Below are positions 1 through 12,108 of a stretch of DNA of 64,000 nt, in pieces. The stretch lies in assembly GCF_000143415.4 (NCBI RefSeq), contig NW_003314270.1, positions 1,044,722 through 1,108,721 on the forward strand, in the 5' to 3' direction. Position 1 is the first letter of the stretch. Each line of letters starts with the position of its first letter. A program made the position numbers and the translations under genes. The notes below the pieces were generated by a model, which did not search any database, had not been told where the DNA came from, and saw nothing but the letters and a program-made list of their open reading frames with translations. This DNA is from Selaginella moellendorffii (Eukaryota; Plantae; Lycopodiophyta).

Positions 1-591
1 AAGGTAGAGAGAAAAGTTGTGAATTCATTAGGCAAAGAGTGTCACAAACATTTGTCAATGCATCAAATCTGATTTCCATCACAAGTTCAAGCAACTTCGT
101 CGGAAATGGATGGATGCACCAACTAAAGAGGAGCATGAGGCAAAGGCAAATGAGATGTGCATATAGTGGCGTGAAGGAGACAAAGTGCTAATTGAACACC
201 TTCCACAAATGGAGTGTTGGTTTGCATGGTGGGAAGTTCGAATGTTTAAATGGGGCTAATATATTTTCTATGTAAGTTTTCTCTCATTTACTTTTCTTGT
301 CACATTCAAATGTTGCATTTTTCCTAGGATCAACCATTTGATGATATTGCACTTACACTAACAATTAATCACTTTGAGAGCAAACATTGGAGTTGAAGAG
401 CTTCTGAAGTAGGGAAAGGAAAAGTATCCCTTTATGAAGCTACACTCTCTGACCTCACCAGATCTCTTGAGCAATCATCAAAAACTTTGGCTGCATAGGA
501 AGTAAGGTTTCCTAGTACAGGTCCAAACTTAGACAAGCTTTGAGAGTGGGTTGGTAGAAGGACAACATCAACAGCAGGATCAATATTTAAG

Positions 592-1618
592 ATGGTGGAA
601 GAAATTGTTACTGGAACTCCTATGGAATCAAGTTATGAACCACTTAGGGATATGAGGACAGCCTGTTTGAAGCGTCGACAGACATTTGATGGGCCCAACA
701 TCACTCCTTTTAGCTCTCACCATCCAAAGTTTAACTACCATTCTATTTCACGACACCAGAGAAGAACTAAAGAACATGGAGTGGAGGAGGTGCTAATTGT
801 TACACAAGTAAATCCAGTGCTAAAGGTTGAGAAGATTATTGCTCATGAGCTAGTTTCTCGTATCAATTGGACAATTCGAAGAGTCAGTGCCAAGAGTAAT
901 GTGTATTGCTCTGGAATGATTGGGAGTCGATGTCAGTGTCTTGCATTTGTGCGCTCAGGTTCAAGTTCTTTAGCAGTACCATGTTTTTGGGGCTATCAAG
1001 ATCTAGGGGTAAAGGGCTGCTAGTCAAGTTGGATTTACTGTTTTGGGATTGATGTTACTTATACAAACCGGATCCACAACTCAATTATCTCGAAGCCAGA
1101 TTCTGTGCCAGAGGAGTGGCCAGTTGAGCGAAGCTACAATCTTTTGAAAAAAGAGATTGAAAGTCTGGAGAGAGTTAATTTCAAGCTAAAGACTTCCTCA
1201 AATATTGCTATTGATACTGCTATGCCACCAATGTCAACATTAGACCAGCATACATAACCAGCTAGAAATGGGAAGGCTATACAATATAGGTCTTCTATTT
1301 CAAAAGGTGCACAAGAGAAGATCAAGTTTGCAAAGGTGTTGAAATGCAAATCACAAGGATAAACTACATTAGTGCTGTGGCTAAGGAGTTTGTTATTGTG
1401 ATTGAGTTGTCAAAGGGTACGAGCTACACTATTAAAATATGAGAAAATCCATTCTATACTTGTCTAGATTTTAAACAGAGGGAGAATAAAGGACAGGTAT
1501 ATTTAGCCTATAAGTACATCTATTACATTTTTATGCAGGAACTAAACCAAGATCTTAAGATCGACTATCACATCCATCAAGCAAGCCTTACAATTGCAAA
1601 GCTTGAGAAGTGTTTTTA
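592..1618 (+). pseudogene. Decayed ORF ending in a SWIM-type zinc finger, probably transposon-derived
   Basis: Manual translation at ~1413-1618 gives KGTSYTIKI*ENPFYTCLDFKQRENKGQVYLAYKYIYYIF...IHQASL. This fits the SWIM pattern (YxVxI...PxCTCxDF...CKH) once TGT>TAT and CAC>TAC changes are allowed. Upstream frames contain many stops. Confidence 0.5.
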
Positions 1619-2159
1619 GATTGCTTTTAGTATTCAGATCTATATTTATATTTGTACTTTATTGATCGAATCTACTTGGAAATATAGATTAAATCAAAAT
1701 TTGAAAAATGAAAAGATGTTGGTTTGGGACGAACCAATATTTTCTTTGTGTTTGAGAAGTCATGAGCTCAGCTTGTGAGCTCATGAGCTCAAAACCAACC
1801 CAGGCTCATGGGGATGACCATTTCGGTTGAAGGAAGAGGCTTTTGATCATTGCCTGTCAACTTAACTTGTGTGTGGAACAAGATGGAACTCAAGAACATT
1901 CGTGCATCAATTTTAATGCTAGAGGGCGTGTTTTGTGGTGGTTTAGTGTAGATTTTACTAGATAGTGGGAGTGATGACATCTTTGTTTTGGCAAAGTTTG
2001 TTGAGGAGCATAGTCTGGTGACACAAGGAGTTCTTTCATACACAGTGGAAAGTGCAACTACCTCTACTCAACATTTCAATGTTTATATAGAGGGGTTGGA
2101 AGTGTTGGTTGCCAAAACCACACTTGTGAAAACTTTTTTATCTCATGGATATCTATCAT

Positions 2160-2400
2160 GTGGATTTCATTTTTGGAATGCCATGGTTAGTGAAGGTGGA
2201 TCTGGAAATAAAATGGAATATTAAATTTGTCTCATTTGAGTATAGTAGTGTTAAAGATGTGTGGTTCAAATAGAGAGTTCAACCTCTAGTTGTTATGCTC
2301 TTCACTACATCTTTGAAGCAAGCTTGTTTTAATGGAAAAACAATTTTAAGTTACTTACTATTTATTCATGATTTAGTGGACCAAGGCATATGTAGGGGAA
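2160..2400 (+). mobile_element. Possible short LINE reverse transcriptase remnant
   Basis: RVQPLVVMLFTTSLKQACFNGKTILSYLLFIHDLV resembles the LINE RT segment RLQPLL..I...Q.GF..GR.I.DN.L..HE. Very degraded. Confidence 0.3.
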
Positions 2401-2409
2401 AAACCATAG

Positions 2410-4750
2410 TGTGGGATATACTTGATGAGTTTCTTGATGTTTTTTGATCTGAACTTCCTTTTAGGATTGCTTCCATTATGTGGTGTGGAGCATAGGATTA
2501 CATTAGAGTTAGGAACGTGGCCAATTTATTGGTGTCCATTTTGGTTAACTTATGTAGAGGAGTAGAAGTTCAATAACAAGTCAAAGAGTTACATGAGTTT
2601 GGATTTATTCAGCTAGGTAAGTTTATATTTGGTGCTCCAGTTTTGTTTGTGAAGAAGAAGGATGGTTCAATGCAAATATGTATTGAATATTGTGCCTTGA
2701 ATAAAACAACAATGAAGGATAAAATGCCTATGCCATATATGAATGATATTTTAAACAAGTTTGATAAAGCACAAGTGTTTACCAAGATTAATTTGAGGAG
2801 TGGATATCATCAAATTACAATGGATGATGCATCTATCTCCAAGACAATATTCAACATGAGCTTTAGGCATTTTGAGTTTACAGTTATGCCATTTGGTTTG
2901 ACAAAGGCACTAGCTATATTTACTCGGTTGATGATGGAAGTATTTAGGCATTATCTTCATGAGTTTATGGAGATTTTCTTGGATGATATTCTTGTTTTTA
3001 GCAAAAACATAGAGGAGAATAAGATGTTTACTCATACTTTCCTTGGATTTTTTTTGACACCCTTAGATATTACAATATAGCCTAGATATTCCACCTCCAA
3101 CTTTACAAACTTATATTTTCTCTTCTTTGCATAAAGTTTGTTGTTATGTAGTAACAAATTGTGGTGGAAAATTGGCCTACACTGACTATAGTGGCTGAGT
3201 TACACAGCTTCCTTGATATGGTTAGTTACTATCGACATTTCCAACACAAATTTGTGGAGGTGGCTATTCCTTTGACATAGTTGTGCAAAAACTTGCTATT
3301 TGAGTGGAAGAAGCCACATAAGAAGAGTTTTGTGGCATTAAAACAATTATTGAGTGAAGCTCCAATGCTTCATATTGTTGATCTATCAAAACCTTATGAG
3401 GTGACATGTGATGCAAGTGGTTATACATTGGGAGGAGTTCTCATATAAGAGGGATAACCTATTGCATATGAGAGTTGAATTTTGAATTTCATAAAGCAAT
3501 GTTATTCTATATATGAGCAAGAGTTACTCACTATTGTTCATGCCTTGCAAACATAGTGGCATTATCTTTATAGTGTAATGTTTGTGGTGTTGACAGATCA
3601 CAACCTCTTATATATCTTTTCACACAAAAGGAGTTGAACACTAGGCAAATTTGTTGGATGGTCAAACTCATGGAGTTTGGGGATTTTCTTATTGGGCATC
3701 ATCTAGAAAAATTAAATGTAGTGGCAGATGCTTTATCTCGTGTTTGTCATATGACGGCGTTACAAACACAATTTTGTTATCATTTGAATAAGGTGGTTAG
3801 TAAGTTTGGGTAATTAGTTGAGCTTGCTCAGGCTTAAGATGTTGAGGTGGTCTTTTTGTGAGCCCAAATACAAGCATCTTTCTCATTAGTGCATAGGATT
3901 TTTTACTACAATGGCCATGTATATTTGCCATAGGTAAATGCATTAATTACTCAAGTTTTATTCTACTATCATGATTGTCTAGAGGCCGGTCATTTTGGGG
4001 GGAAGAAGACATATTTAGGATTGCATTTGAGTAAGGATGTTCAAGATAGGTTTGATTTTAATGTGATTGATCTGGCCATAGAACTTGATGAGATTTTAGT
4101 GGTGTGCAAATGGAATTTGCAAGTAAATCAAGATGGAGTAGAGAAGTTTGCTAATAATTTTGGGAATATAAGGTGGGTGATTTTATTTTTGTGCAAGTGA
4201 TCTTTTTATTAAGTGAGCAGTAGAATGACTTAGCACCTTTACAGAATGGGAAGAGTGATAAACTTTTTCATTGATATACTAGTCTATATGAAGTATTGAA
4301 GTGCATTGGTAAAGTGGCTTATTGGGTGCAACTGCCAGCTAGGGTAAAAATTCATTTAGTATTTTATGTCAGCCAATTAAAAAGTGTATTATCTTGGAAT
4401 GATAGGCCCAATGCCTCCTTGATGTATATAGCTATAGAAGATGGACCTAGAGCTTGAGCAAGGTGATCACTAGTATAATTCATCCTTGGGATAAAGACTT
4501 TGTTAGGGGGGAAGAATTGTTATATGTCAGCTTTGACTACATGATTAACATCAGTCAAAGGGAAGCTCAAGGGTATATTAAGGCATGTTAAGATAAGGAA
4601 TTTCATCTACTGTAAGGCTCATAATGGAACAATAGTGCAATTAAGCTTTTGAGGTAGCTTAGGGGTGGTTAGGTGGTGAGGAAGCTCAAGAGGATGTGTA
4701 GCATAGTTTAGGGAGATTAAATCTTTGTTTTTTTACTCTAGATCATAACA
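2410..4750 (+). mobile_element. Decayed Ty3/gypsy element: RT, RNase H and integrase remnants, PPT and 3' LTR
   Basis: ORF 2643-3080 is RT (FVKKKDGS, KINLRSGYHQI, VMPFGL, IFLDDILVFS). RNase H remnant VTCDASG at ~3400 and NVVADALSR at ~3715. Integrase zinc-finger start HDC...GHFG at ~3970 and GPY/F-type C-terminus at ~4280-4380, with the core apparently missing. PPT AGGGGGGAAGAA at 4505-4516. Confidence 0.85.
4518..4750 (+). repeat. Putative ~233-bp 3' LTR of the decayed gypsy element
   Basis: Starts TGTTAT right after the PPT and ends ATAACA, a 6-bp terminal inverted match. Confidence 0.6.
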
Positions 4751-5260
4751 ACAAACCATTCTCTAATTGAGCATGATATTCATCCTACATTGTTGCTCAC
4801 CAATAAAAATGTTGTGGTCTTTAGCTCTAATAAGCCACTACTCTTTAGATTTGCATGAACAATATACAACTTATTAGAATTTTGAAGTGAAATACCTCAT
4901 TCTAAGAGTTTAGAGCCATTATCATCCGTAGCTGGAGGAAAAACTTCTTGAGGTAGTAGTGGATCCTTAAGTGGTGGTTTATCCTCAAGAGAGATTAAGA
5001 AATTAAGAGATGGAGTAAGAAATATTTAGCACACGAGTTAAGATTGAGAGTGTGAGAAATTGAGTGTATGAGTTGAGATCAAGAGTGCAAGAAATTCAAT
5101 GTACAAAAGTGCAAAATCAGAAAAGAGATCTAATACATGAGTGGGAAGTTAAGCAACAATGACACCAAAAGTGAGTTTTTTCTATTTGATTACTTCTATG
5201 CTTTCTTTTCTTATTCCAACCACCTTGCATTTCATTAGCAACCATAGAGATTTTTTTCAT

Positions 5261-5550
5261 GACCACCTTGGGAATTTTTGTCAACAACCTCAAGCACTTT
5301 GGTGGCTTAGGGATTGAGGTTATTCAAATAATTTTGGCCCTCCAGGCAGCAAAAATTCCCAAAGTTGAGCCACCTCAGGCACTTTGGTGGCCTAGGGGCC
5401 CAAGGTTATTCAAATAACCTTGGCCCCTAGGGCTGCTAAAGTGCTTGAGGTTGAGCTCGGGTTAGCCATCTTGGGCACTTTTGTTGCTAGAGGGGCCAAG
5501 GTTATTCAATAACCTTAGCCCCCTATGTGGCTAAAGTGCCTAAGGTCGAG
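5261..5550. repeat. Tandem array of three ~80-90 bp imperfect palindromes
   Basis: Each unit is centred on GGTTATTCA(A)ATAA. Unit 2 arms at 5372-5410 and 5413-5451 are reverse complements with few mismatches. Confidence 0.85.
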
Positions 5551-5774
5551 TTTAAGCTAGCTTAATATTTTTATTTTGTTTTTGATTGTTTCAATTTTGT
5601 ATTATCTTTGTTTAGATTAACTAAAAAAATTTCCTTTTTTGAAAAAAAGGAAAATAGTACCACCTAAAAAGATTATCGGAGCCAAAAAAACACTAAAAGT
5701 TGAATTTAACATTAATGAGGATATTAATCAACATGCCTATCATCATATCGATAAATATGCAGCTTAATAGAGAT

Positions 5775-5925
5775 CCACCACCTCCTCCACCATCACTATT
5801 ACCATTGCCACCTCCACCACCGCCATTGCCACTGCCACCATTGCTATTGCCACTATTGCCTTTGTCGCCGCCACCACCACTATTTGCCACCATCACCACC
5901 CCTACCACCATCCCTATTGCCACCT
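5775..5925. repeat. Degenerate (CCA/CCATTG)n low-complexity repeat
   Basis: Seen directly. It produces spurious Pro-rich and Gly-rich ORFs. Confidence 0.8.
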
Positions 5926-6486
5926 CTATCTTTACTCCTCACTAGCTCACCACTAGCATAAATCCTTGAAGTTGGGCAATTTAGAAGTGTTCATAATAAA
6001 AAACCTAAAAAATAGTTTGAAGCTGAAAGAGTTGCAAACCTTCTTAACAATATGGTGGATAAGTGCTTCTAAAAGATTGTTATACAGATAAAGGAAAAAG
6101 TAGTTCACCAAATATTTTAAGCACTCAAGTGGCTAGGTGTAGCGCACCTGAATTTGGAGCTGAACTCCAAGCCCATTGCACTACGAAACCAGGGTCTGGT
6201 ACAATCCCACAAGCACCAACTCCCCATATCTAGCACCTGCACACAAAATGGTGTCAGACAGAGTCTGGCACAATTTTGGCATACCGGTGGCCTAACGTGA
6301 GGAGGAGGGTACCCCACCAACTAGAGCAGCATGGAGCTTGGGCTTAGACCCAAGCCGGACGCAGAACAAGGAGTGATACAGCTTGACGAGAGCCAAACTA
6401 ATGTCTCAGGTGGTCAGACATCAATCCAACCATTATCCTTATTATACATTTGGAACCCCCCACACCCCCCCTTTGAGGGACACATG

Positions 6487-8272
6487 TGTAAGCGACTAAA
6501 TTTTCCATTCTACTTTAGTCACTTAACCACACCTCCGACCACTTGGAGGAGTCTCATTCACAACCTCCATAAGTCCAATTCAGGACTTGAGACTTGCTAG
6601 CCCCAAGAATGGCATCCATGCCGCTCAACCCTTGCACTTGGTCCAAGTGCTCCATGTGTCTGATCCCATGACCAACACTCAAAGGTACCACTGACATAGC
6701 TGCCTGTTACGCTAAGGCCATGCCCAATCACCTTTGCCACACTGGAAGTCCAATACCACTTGCAACACAGTCTTGTCTCTCCAAGACTGGGCCAACCATC
6801 CGTGAGTGGTCATCCCAGATCCACTCCTTAGCATCCTTAGGATGCCCACCGACAAGGGGAACAACCTTCCCCAATATCCCTCTGTCAGTCCCCACTAAGT
6901 CCCTTTTTGCCTTTGGCCGTGTTTGCCAACATTGCCACTGGATCGAGGCCCACAGGCCTGACCACTAAGTCCCATGGTCCTCTGGGACTTCCTCACCATG
7001 TGCCCGTATCCTTGGCCACCACACCAAAGGACTGCTCCTTTTCCTTTTCACAGTCTGGGACTTGGGGACAACACTTTGGAACACCGTGGCCTTATGCGAG
7101 CCACCTAGGTACTCTCCCCGCCTTCTGCCTTTGGGTGCTCTAGCCATGGGCTTAGAGCGAGGTTCCATTGAGCCACGCCTGGTATCCAAGTAGGTAGTGC
7201 CACCCAAACTTAGACTAGGAGCATCGGCTAGTCGATCTCCCGGGGGAACTAGAGCCGGCTCTTGAACACTTCACTAAGCTACCCCGCTTGTCGGTCCGTA
7301 TTCACTCTAGTCTTGGATTTCCCCGTGGTCAATTCATCACCCAACACTGGGTCTGGCCTTCCTGGGCCAAACTGGCCTTTCCTAGCCAAACTGGCTCCAC
7401 TACAGTCCTCCCCCATACTATACTTTTGGAGCTCATCAAACCCCCCAGGGTCTGGGAGACGAACGCTTTGGGCTTTCACCCTCTCAGACTCGAACTCGGA
7501 GTCGGACTCGGACTCGGACTCTGACTCGGACTTGGACTCGGACTCGGGCTCGGGCTCGGTCTCAGCCTTGGCCTCGGTCTCGGTCTCGGTCTCGGTCCCG
7601 GTCTCAGTCTCGGTCTCGATCCCTGTCTCGGTCCCGGTCTCGGTCTCGACCTCGGACTCCATCTCGGGTCCTTCTCGGACTCCATCTCGGATTCCATCTT
7701 GGACTCCATCTCAGACTCCGTCTCGGTCCATCTCGGACTCTGTCTCAGTCCATCCCGGACTCCATCTCGGACTCCGTCTCGGTCCATCTCGGACTCCATC
7801 TCGGACTGCACCTTGGACTCCATCTCGGACTCCATCTCGAACTCCATCTCGGTCCATCTCGGACTCCATCTCGAACTCCACCTCGGACTCCACCTCGAAC
7901 TCCATCTTGGACTCCATCTCGGACTCCACCTCGGACTCCATCTTGGACTCCACCTCGGACTCCACCTCGGACTCCACCTCGAACTCCATCTTGAACTCCG
8001 TCTTGGTCCATCTCGGACTCCATCTCAGACTCCATCTCGGACATTTCCGCGTGTTATGTGTTAGTCCTTTTGGGTCCCATTTTGGAGCCTCGCTTATTGC
8101 TCGCTTCGTGCTTGTTCCTTGAGCACTTTGTTGGGAGTTCCACTCCCGCTCTCAACCTTTCAAGTTGGAGCTTTTAGTCCAAACGTGTTACGCTCGTTTG
8201 GCTTTCGCTTCAGCCACTACCACGTGGCACCCTTTCGGCTCCACTTTGGGGCTTAGGGATTTGTGTCTCACA
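6487..8272. mobile_element. Solo-LTR-like insertion (1786 bp) within the 3' LTR of A
   Basis: TG...CA termini (TGTAAG / CTCACA). Flanked by ACATG (6482-6486) and ACACG (8273-8277), a 5-bp TSD with one CpG transition. Absent from the 5' LTR. No retroelement coding domains seen. Confidence 0.85.
7482..8045. repeat. Hexamer/dodecamer tandem repeat (CTCGGA/CTCGGT, then CTCGGACTCCAT)
   Basis: Seen directly, about 560 bp. Confidence 0.95.
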
Positions 8273-8843
8273 ACACGCTTTGGGCTTTCACCCCAAGCCT
8301 CCCTTAGTACTAGGAGTTAGTCTCTGGGACAAGTCCGAAACTTACCAAATATGGAATGGCTTTAGATTACGAATTTAGACATGGGACGAACACCATTGTG
8401 TTTAGGCTAACCTCTACATTCCGTAGACATGCCAAATGAGCGAATCTAGACACTTTCCATAAATAGCATTTGAGACCGAAATGAGACTAACACAAAGGGT
8501 GTAATAGCGAGGGTGTTTGGCAGACACGGTAAATTATCATCCGACGATATTAAGGGACTAGTCTCAATACACGAGAGTTCTAGTGAAGCCAATGCAAAAT
8601 AGAGCAAAAGAGAATTAAAAAGCCAGGCCAAGCATGCTTGGCCAAATAGACACTTAGGAATTCCATCCTTATGCTCATCTAGCCAAATACAGATGCTAAG
8701 TCCAATTTACTAACACTTGGACAAGAGGGGCCAATAAAGGGAACTAGTAGTACCGACCTCTTGCTGTCATGGCAGTAAGGAGAGAGTGTCCATAAGGATT
8801 GGCCAACAAGTGTCTTTCAATACCTGAAGTCACATTCGCGACA

Positions 8844-8856
8844 CTCTCCCCCCCTT
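8844..8856 (-). promoter_or_regulatory. Polypurine tract of element A
   Basis: AAGGGGGGGAGAG on the minus strand, abutting the 3' LTR. Confidence 0.9.
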
Positions 8857-9454
8857 GGGGAAGATCGACGTCCTTGTCGATGCATACCTGAGTCTAGCAA
8901 ACTATCAAGGAAACAACTCCGAAAGTTAACAAAAAACACACTATGTAGGAAACGCACCGACTTAAATGAGTTATGGAACGACCTCTCCTCTACATCCAAA
9001 GACATTAAGACTCGGACACCCTTCGGCCGTCACCGACAAGGAAATGACTAATGAAGCGAGCCACCCTTGCTGCTCCAAGTACCACTCAGCTTACAAAGGA
9101 ATGATACATCCCTGCCTGCAGGGACATAGGGAGAAGGCCAGAGGCCCAACTGCCCTTGAGCAAAAAATCAACCCCGTTGGGAAGATTTAGACAACTATTA
9201 TAAACTGACAGATTAAGTTGTTTACACGACCACGCCCCTTTTCCAAAAAGTGAGGCATCGAGAAAGAGGCGGGGATTTGTGATCAGTTTATAATAGTTAT
9301 CCCCATGGTTATGGATTGGACCTATGCACCAAAGTGCCAAAGTCAGCTTATCAAAATTGACCCAAGTACTAACGAGCCAGAGAAACGACATGTTAGATTG
9401 ATAAAAATATATTACTTTATTAATTTGCAAGATTTATTACAAAGTTTACAAAAG

Positions 9455-10579
9455 CTATTGTTTATTACGATTCTCATACTCTGGGACAAGCTCACGAGCA
9501 TGTATAAGATTCCTAAGAGGCTCCCAAGTTGATTCAGAAGTTGGGTAACATTTCCACTTAACTAGATACTCCCGACGTTTGGCACGTTTAAACCAGCATG
9601 AATAAAAAATAGCCTCGACTTCATATTTAGGTTCACCATCCACAATGTCTGGTGGTGGACAAATCTCCCGTTGACATGCAACATCCATAGTGTAAGAAGC
9701 AAATAAATTGGCATGAAATACATTATGAACATTGGATATCTCTACAGGCAGATAAAATACATCACCACGACGTTTTAACACCCGATAGGGTCCAACATAT
9801 CTCGGTAATAGCTTCCGAGATAAACATCCCTTAATGTTCAAGTTCCAGGAAGAGAGCCACACTTGATCTCTCACTTGATAGGATACATCCCAACGATGTT
9901 GATCCTTATCATGTCGATACCTATCTTGAGCTTTGCCCATCGCCTCAGTAACTCGAGACTAACCGTGGAATAGCTGCTCTACATAAGTCTCAACGGCCGA
10001 GACCAACACTTCGGTCATTGGTTTCGGTACAACAATCTGTTGAGGGACCCCACGAGCATTTCCTTGTAGTGTCTCTCATAGAGAACAGCCAATAGCGCTG
10101 TGAAATGTGTTGTTATAACAAATTTCTGTTGTGTCAAAATACTCAACCTAGTCATGTTGGTCCACCGTGACATAGTACTGTTGATAATCCTCAACTTGAG
10201 CATTCACGTGTTCAGTCTGCCCATCATTCTGAGGATGATAAGCTATATTAAACTTCAACTTGGTACCAAACAACTAAAATAGTGTCCCCCAAAACTTCCT
10301 CATAAACCTCGAATCTCTATCTGAGATCATCTCTTCAGAAAGACCACGAACCCACACTACTTCATGGAAAAAAGAGCTTTATTGCTTGTTTCGCATTTAC
10401 TGTTCCCACAGTTGGAATGAAGTGTGCAGTCTTTGATAACCGATCTACAACCACCATCAAAGTATCATAACCCTTAGACTTTGGCAAAAAAGTGACGAAA
10501 TCAAGTGTCACACTTTGAAATGGCCATGCCAATGCTGGAATGCACTGCAACTTTCCAGCCTGCTTCCCAGTTCTGCGCT
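9455..10579 (-). pseudogene. Element A integrase core, GPY/F motif and chromodomain (with stops)
   Basis: VTLDFV...VVDRLSK...HF (10362-10550). KLLPRYVGPY, HNVFH and chromodomain YEVEAI...EYLVKWKCYPTSESTWEP (9455-9940). Confidence 0.92.
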
Positions 10580-10766
10580 TGTTGGAGGAAGGAGGGGCGC
10601 TTCCCCCAACGCTCGCTCAAACACGAAAAATGCTTCACTGCTCTCCACAAAATGCCCCCCCTCGCCCTTGTGAGGCAAGGGTTTTATACAAGGAAGATGG
10701 GGAATATTCTGAGGACCAGAATATTCCCTCCCTCTCTCTCACTCTCTTGGTGGCCACGCCCTAACA
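10580..10766 (-). repeat. 3' LTR of element B
   Basis: TGTTGG...CTAACA, direct repeat of 19364-19550. TATA-like TGTATAAAAC on the minus strand at ~10681-10690. Confidence 0.95.
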
Positions 10767-12108
10767 TGCGACCACGGTGGATCGCGCTGGCTCCAGACGC
10801 GCGAGAACCCTCCGAAGAGTGTAGAGTGTACGTTTGCTACTGATGCCAAGTGCTGGTAACTGCGTGAAATAGTAGAAACTCTAGAAAACAGAGTGGAAAA
10901 GAAAGAAAAAAGGTAGGTGAGAAGTTTGGAGACAGGGAGAAAACCCGGTGGGAAACCCTGTAGTCAAACTGGACCCTGAAGTTGAAGAAAAGTGTAGAAA
11001 AAGTGTGAAAAGAGGAGGAAAATAGAGGAAAAAGAACGTGAGTACCCAAAGAACTTAACCTGTACCTGGATTTCGGCTCAGGAAAGTGTAATATGCAAAT
11101 GCAACCTCTTGATGACTCCCGGTATGCTCCAAGGATTGGCCGAAATCGAGAAAGAAAGAGAGGTAGAAGAGGGGATGCGTTGCCCAAGGGTGGTAAGTGT
11201 GGAAATGATGAAAGATGGAGTGATATGGTAGAGCGCCGAGATGGTGGTGGCACTCGGAAGTGGTAGCCATTGATAACCGTTGGCCCGTAGAGTAAACACT
11301 GACCACTCGGAGTAGCCGGTAACTGATAACCGGTAGCCGGGTACCTGTAACCAGTAACTGGTAACCACCTGCTCTCGCTCCTACTCCTGTGCCAGCTCCA
11401 TGGTGGAGCGCTGAGATCTCTGAGAAGGTGGCTAGTCTGATGTGTCGGACTGAAGAAGTCAGCAGCTGAAAAGGACGGCATAGTCACTGGGTTGCCGGTA
11501 AGGAGAGGTGGCATGTGTCCACTGAGTGCTGGAGCAGAAGAAAGTGGCTTCAGCTTCTGTGGCCTCGCCTAAAGATCCACCTAGGTGCCTTGAGTGAACA
11601 GGTTCACCTGGTTGGAAGAAAGTCGCTTCAGAAAAGCTAGTGCGTTGTCGGCAAATGGTCGAAAGGACATCTTGGACATGGCACGTCCAAATGAGGTGGT
11701 GTCTTTTGCTGCATGTATGTGCATCCATGGTATGGTGTAAATGTGACCTCAAATGGAGATGGGAATGATGGTGAAAGAATGAAAGATGCAAGATGGGCAT
11801 CTAGAGATAAGTGCGGGCAACGCTGTTGGAAGTGATTGGTGATGGAACTGTGAGTGTAGATTATATGGAATGAGTGTGGGAAATGTGCAGGGTATAGTAA
11901 TGATAAAGGAAGGGCCAAAGAACCTGGAACATAGACCGAGCCAAGCGAGGAACCTCCATACAAACGGCAATGCAGCCTGAGCACGAAATCCAAGGCATAG
12001 GCCACGGTCCAATGGAGAAACACCCTCTGAAAGTAAGAAAAGTAGCCACGAAAGTAAAGTGAAAGAAAGGAAGAAAAAGAAAAAGAAAAAGAAGAGAAAA
12101 GGAATGCC

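Larger units (their letters stand above)
6138..8843 (-). repeat. 3' LTR of element A, interrupted by insert 6487-8272
   Basis: TGTAGC...CGACA. Colinear with 23307-24225 once 6487-8272 and one TSD copy are removed. Confidence 0.92.

Noticed and set aside
5261-5550. CRISPR-like array
   Set aside because: Eukaryotic context, no unique spacers and no cas genes; the units are whole palindromes.
5693-5945. Pro-rich and Gly-rich ORFs resembling extensin or GRP
   Set aside because: Low-complexity trinucleotide repeat with no signal peptide or gene context.
6132-6137. Possible 6-bp TSD for A (GCTAGG versus GCCAAG)
   Set aside because: It needs two mismatches in six and an atypical length, and the left flank does not continue C's LTR.
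7262-8122. Long Ser/Glu/Arg-rich ORFs on both strands
   Set aside because: By-products of the stop-poor 6/12-mer repeat; no domain is recognisable.
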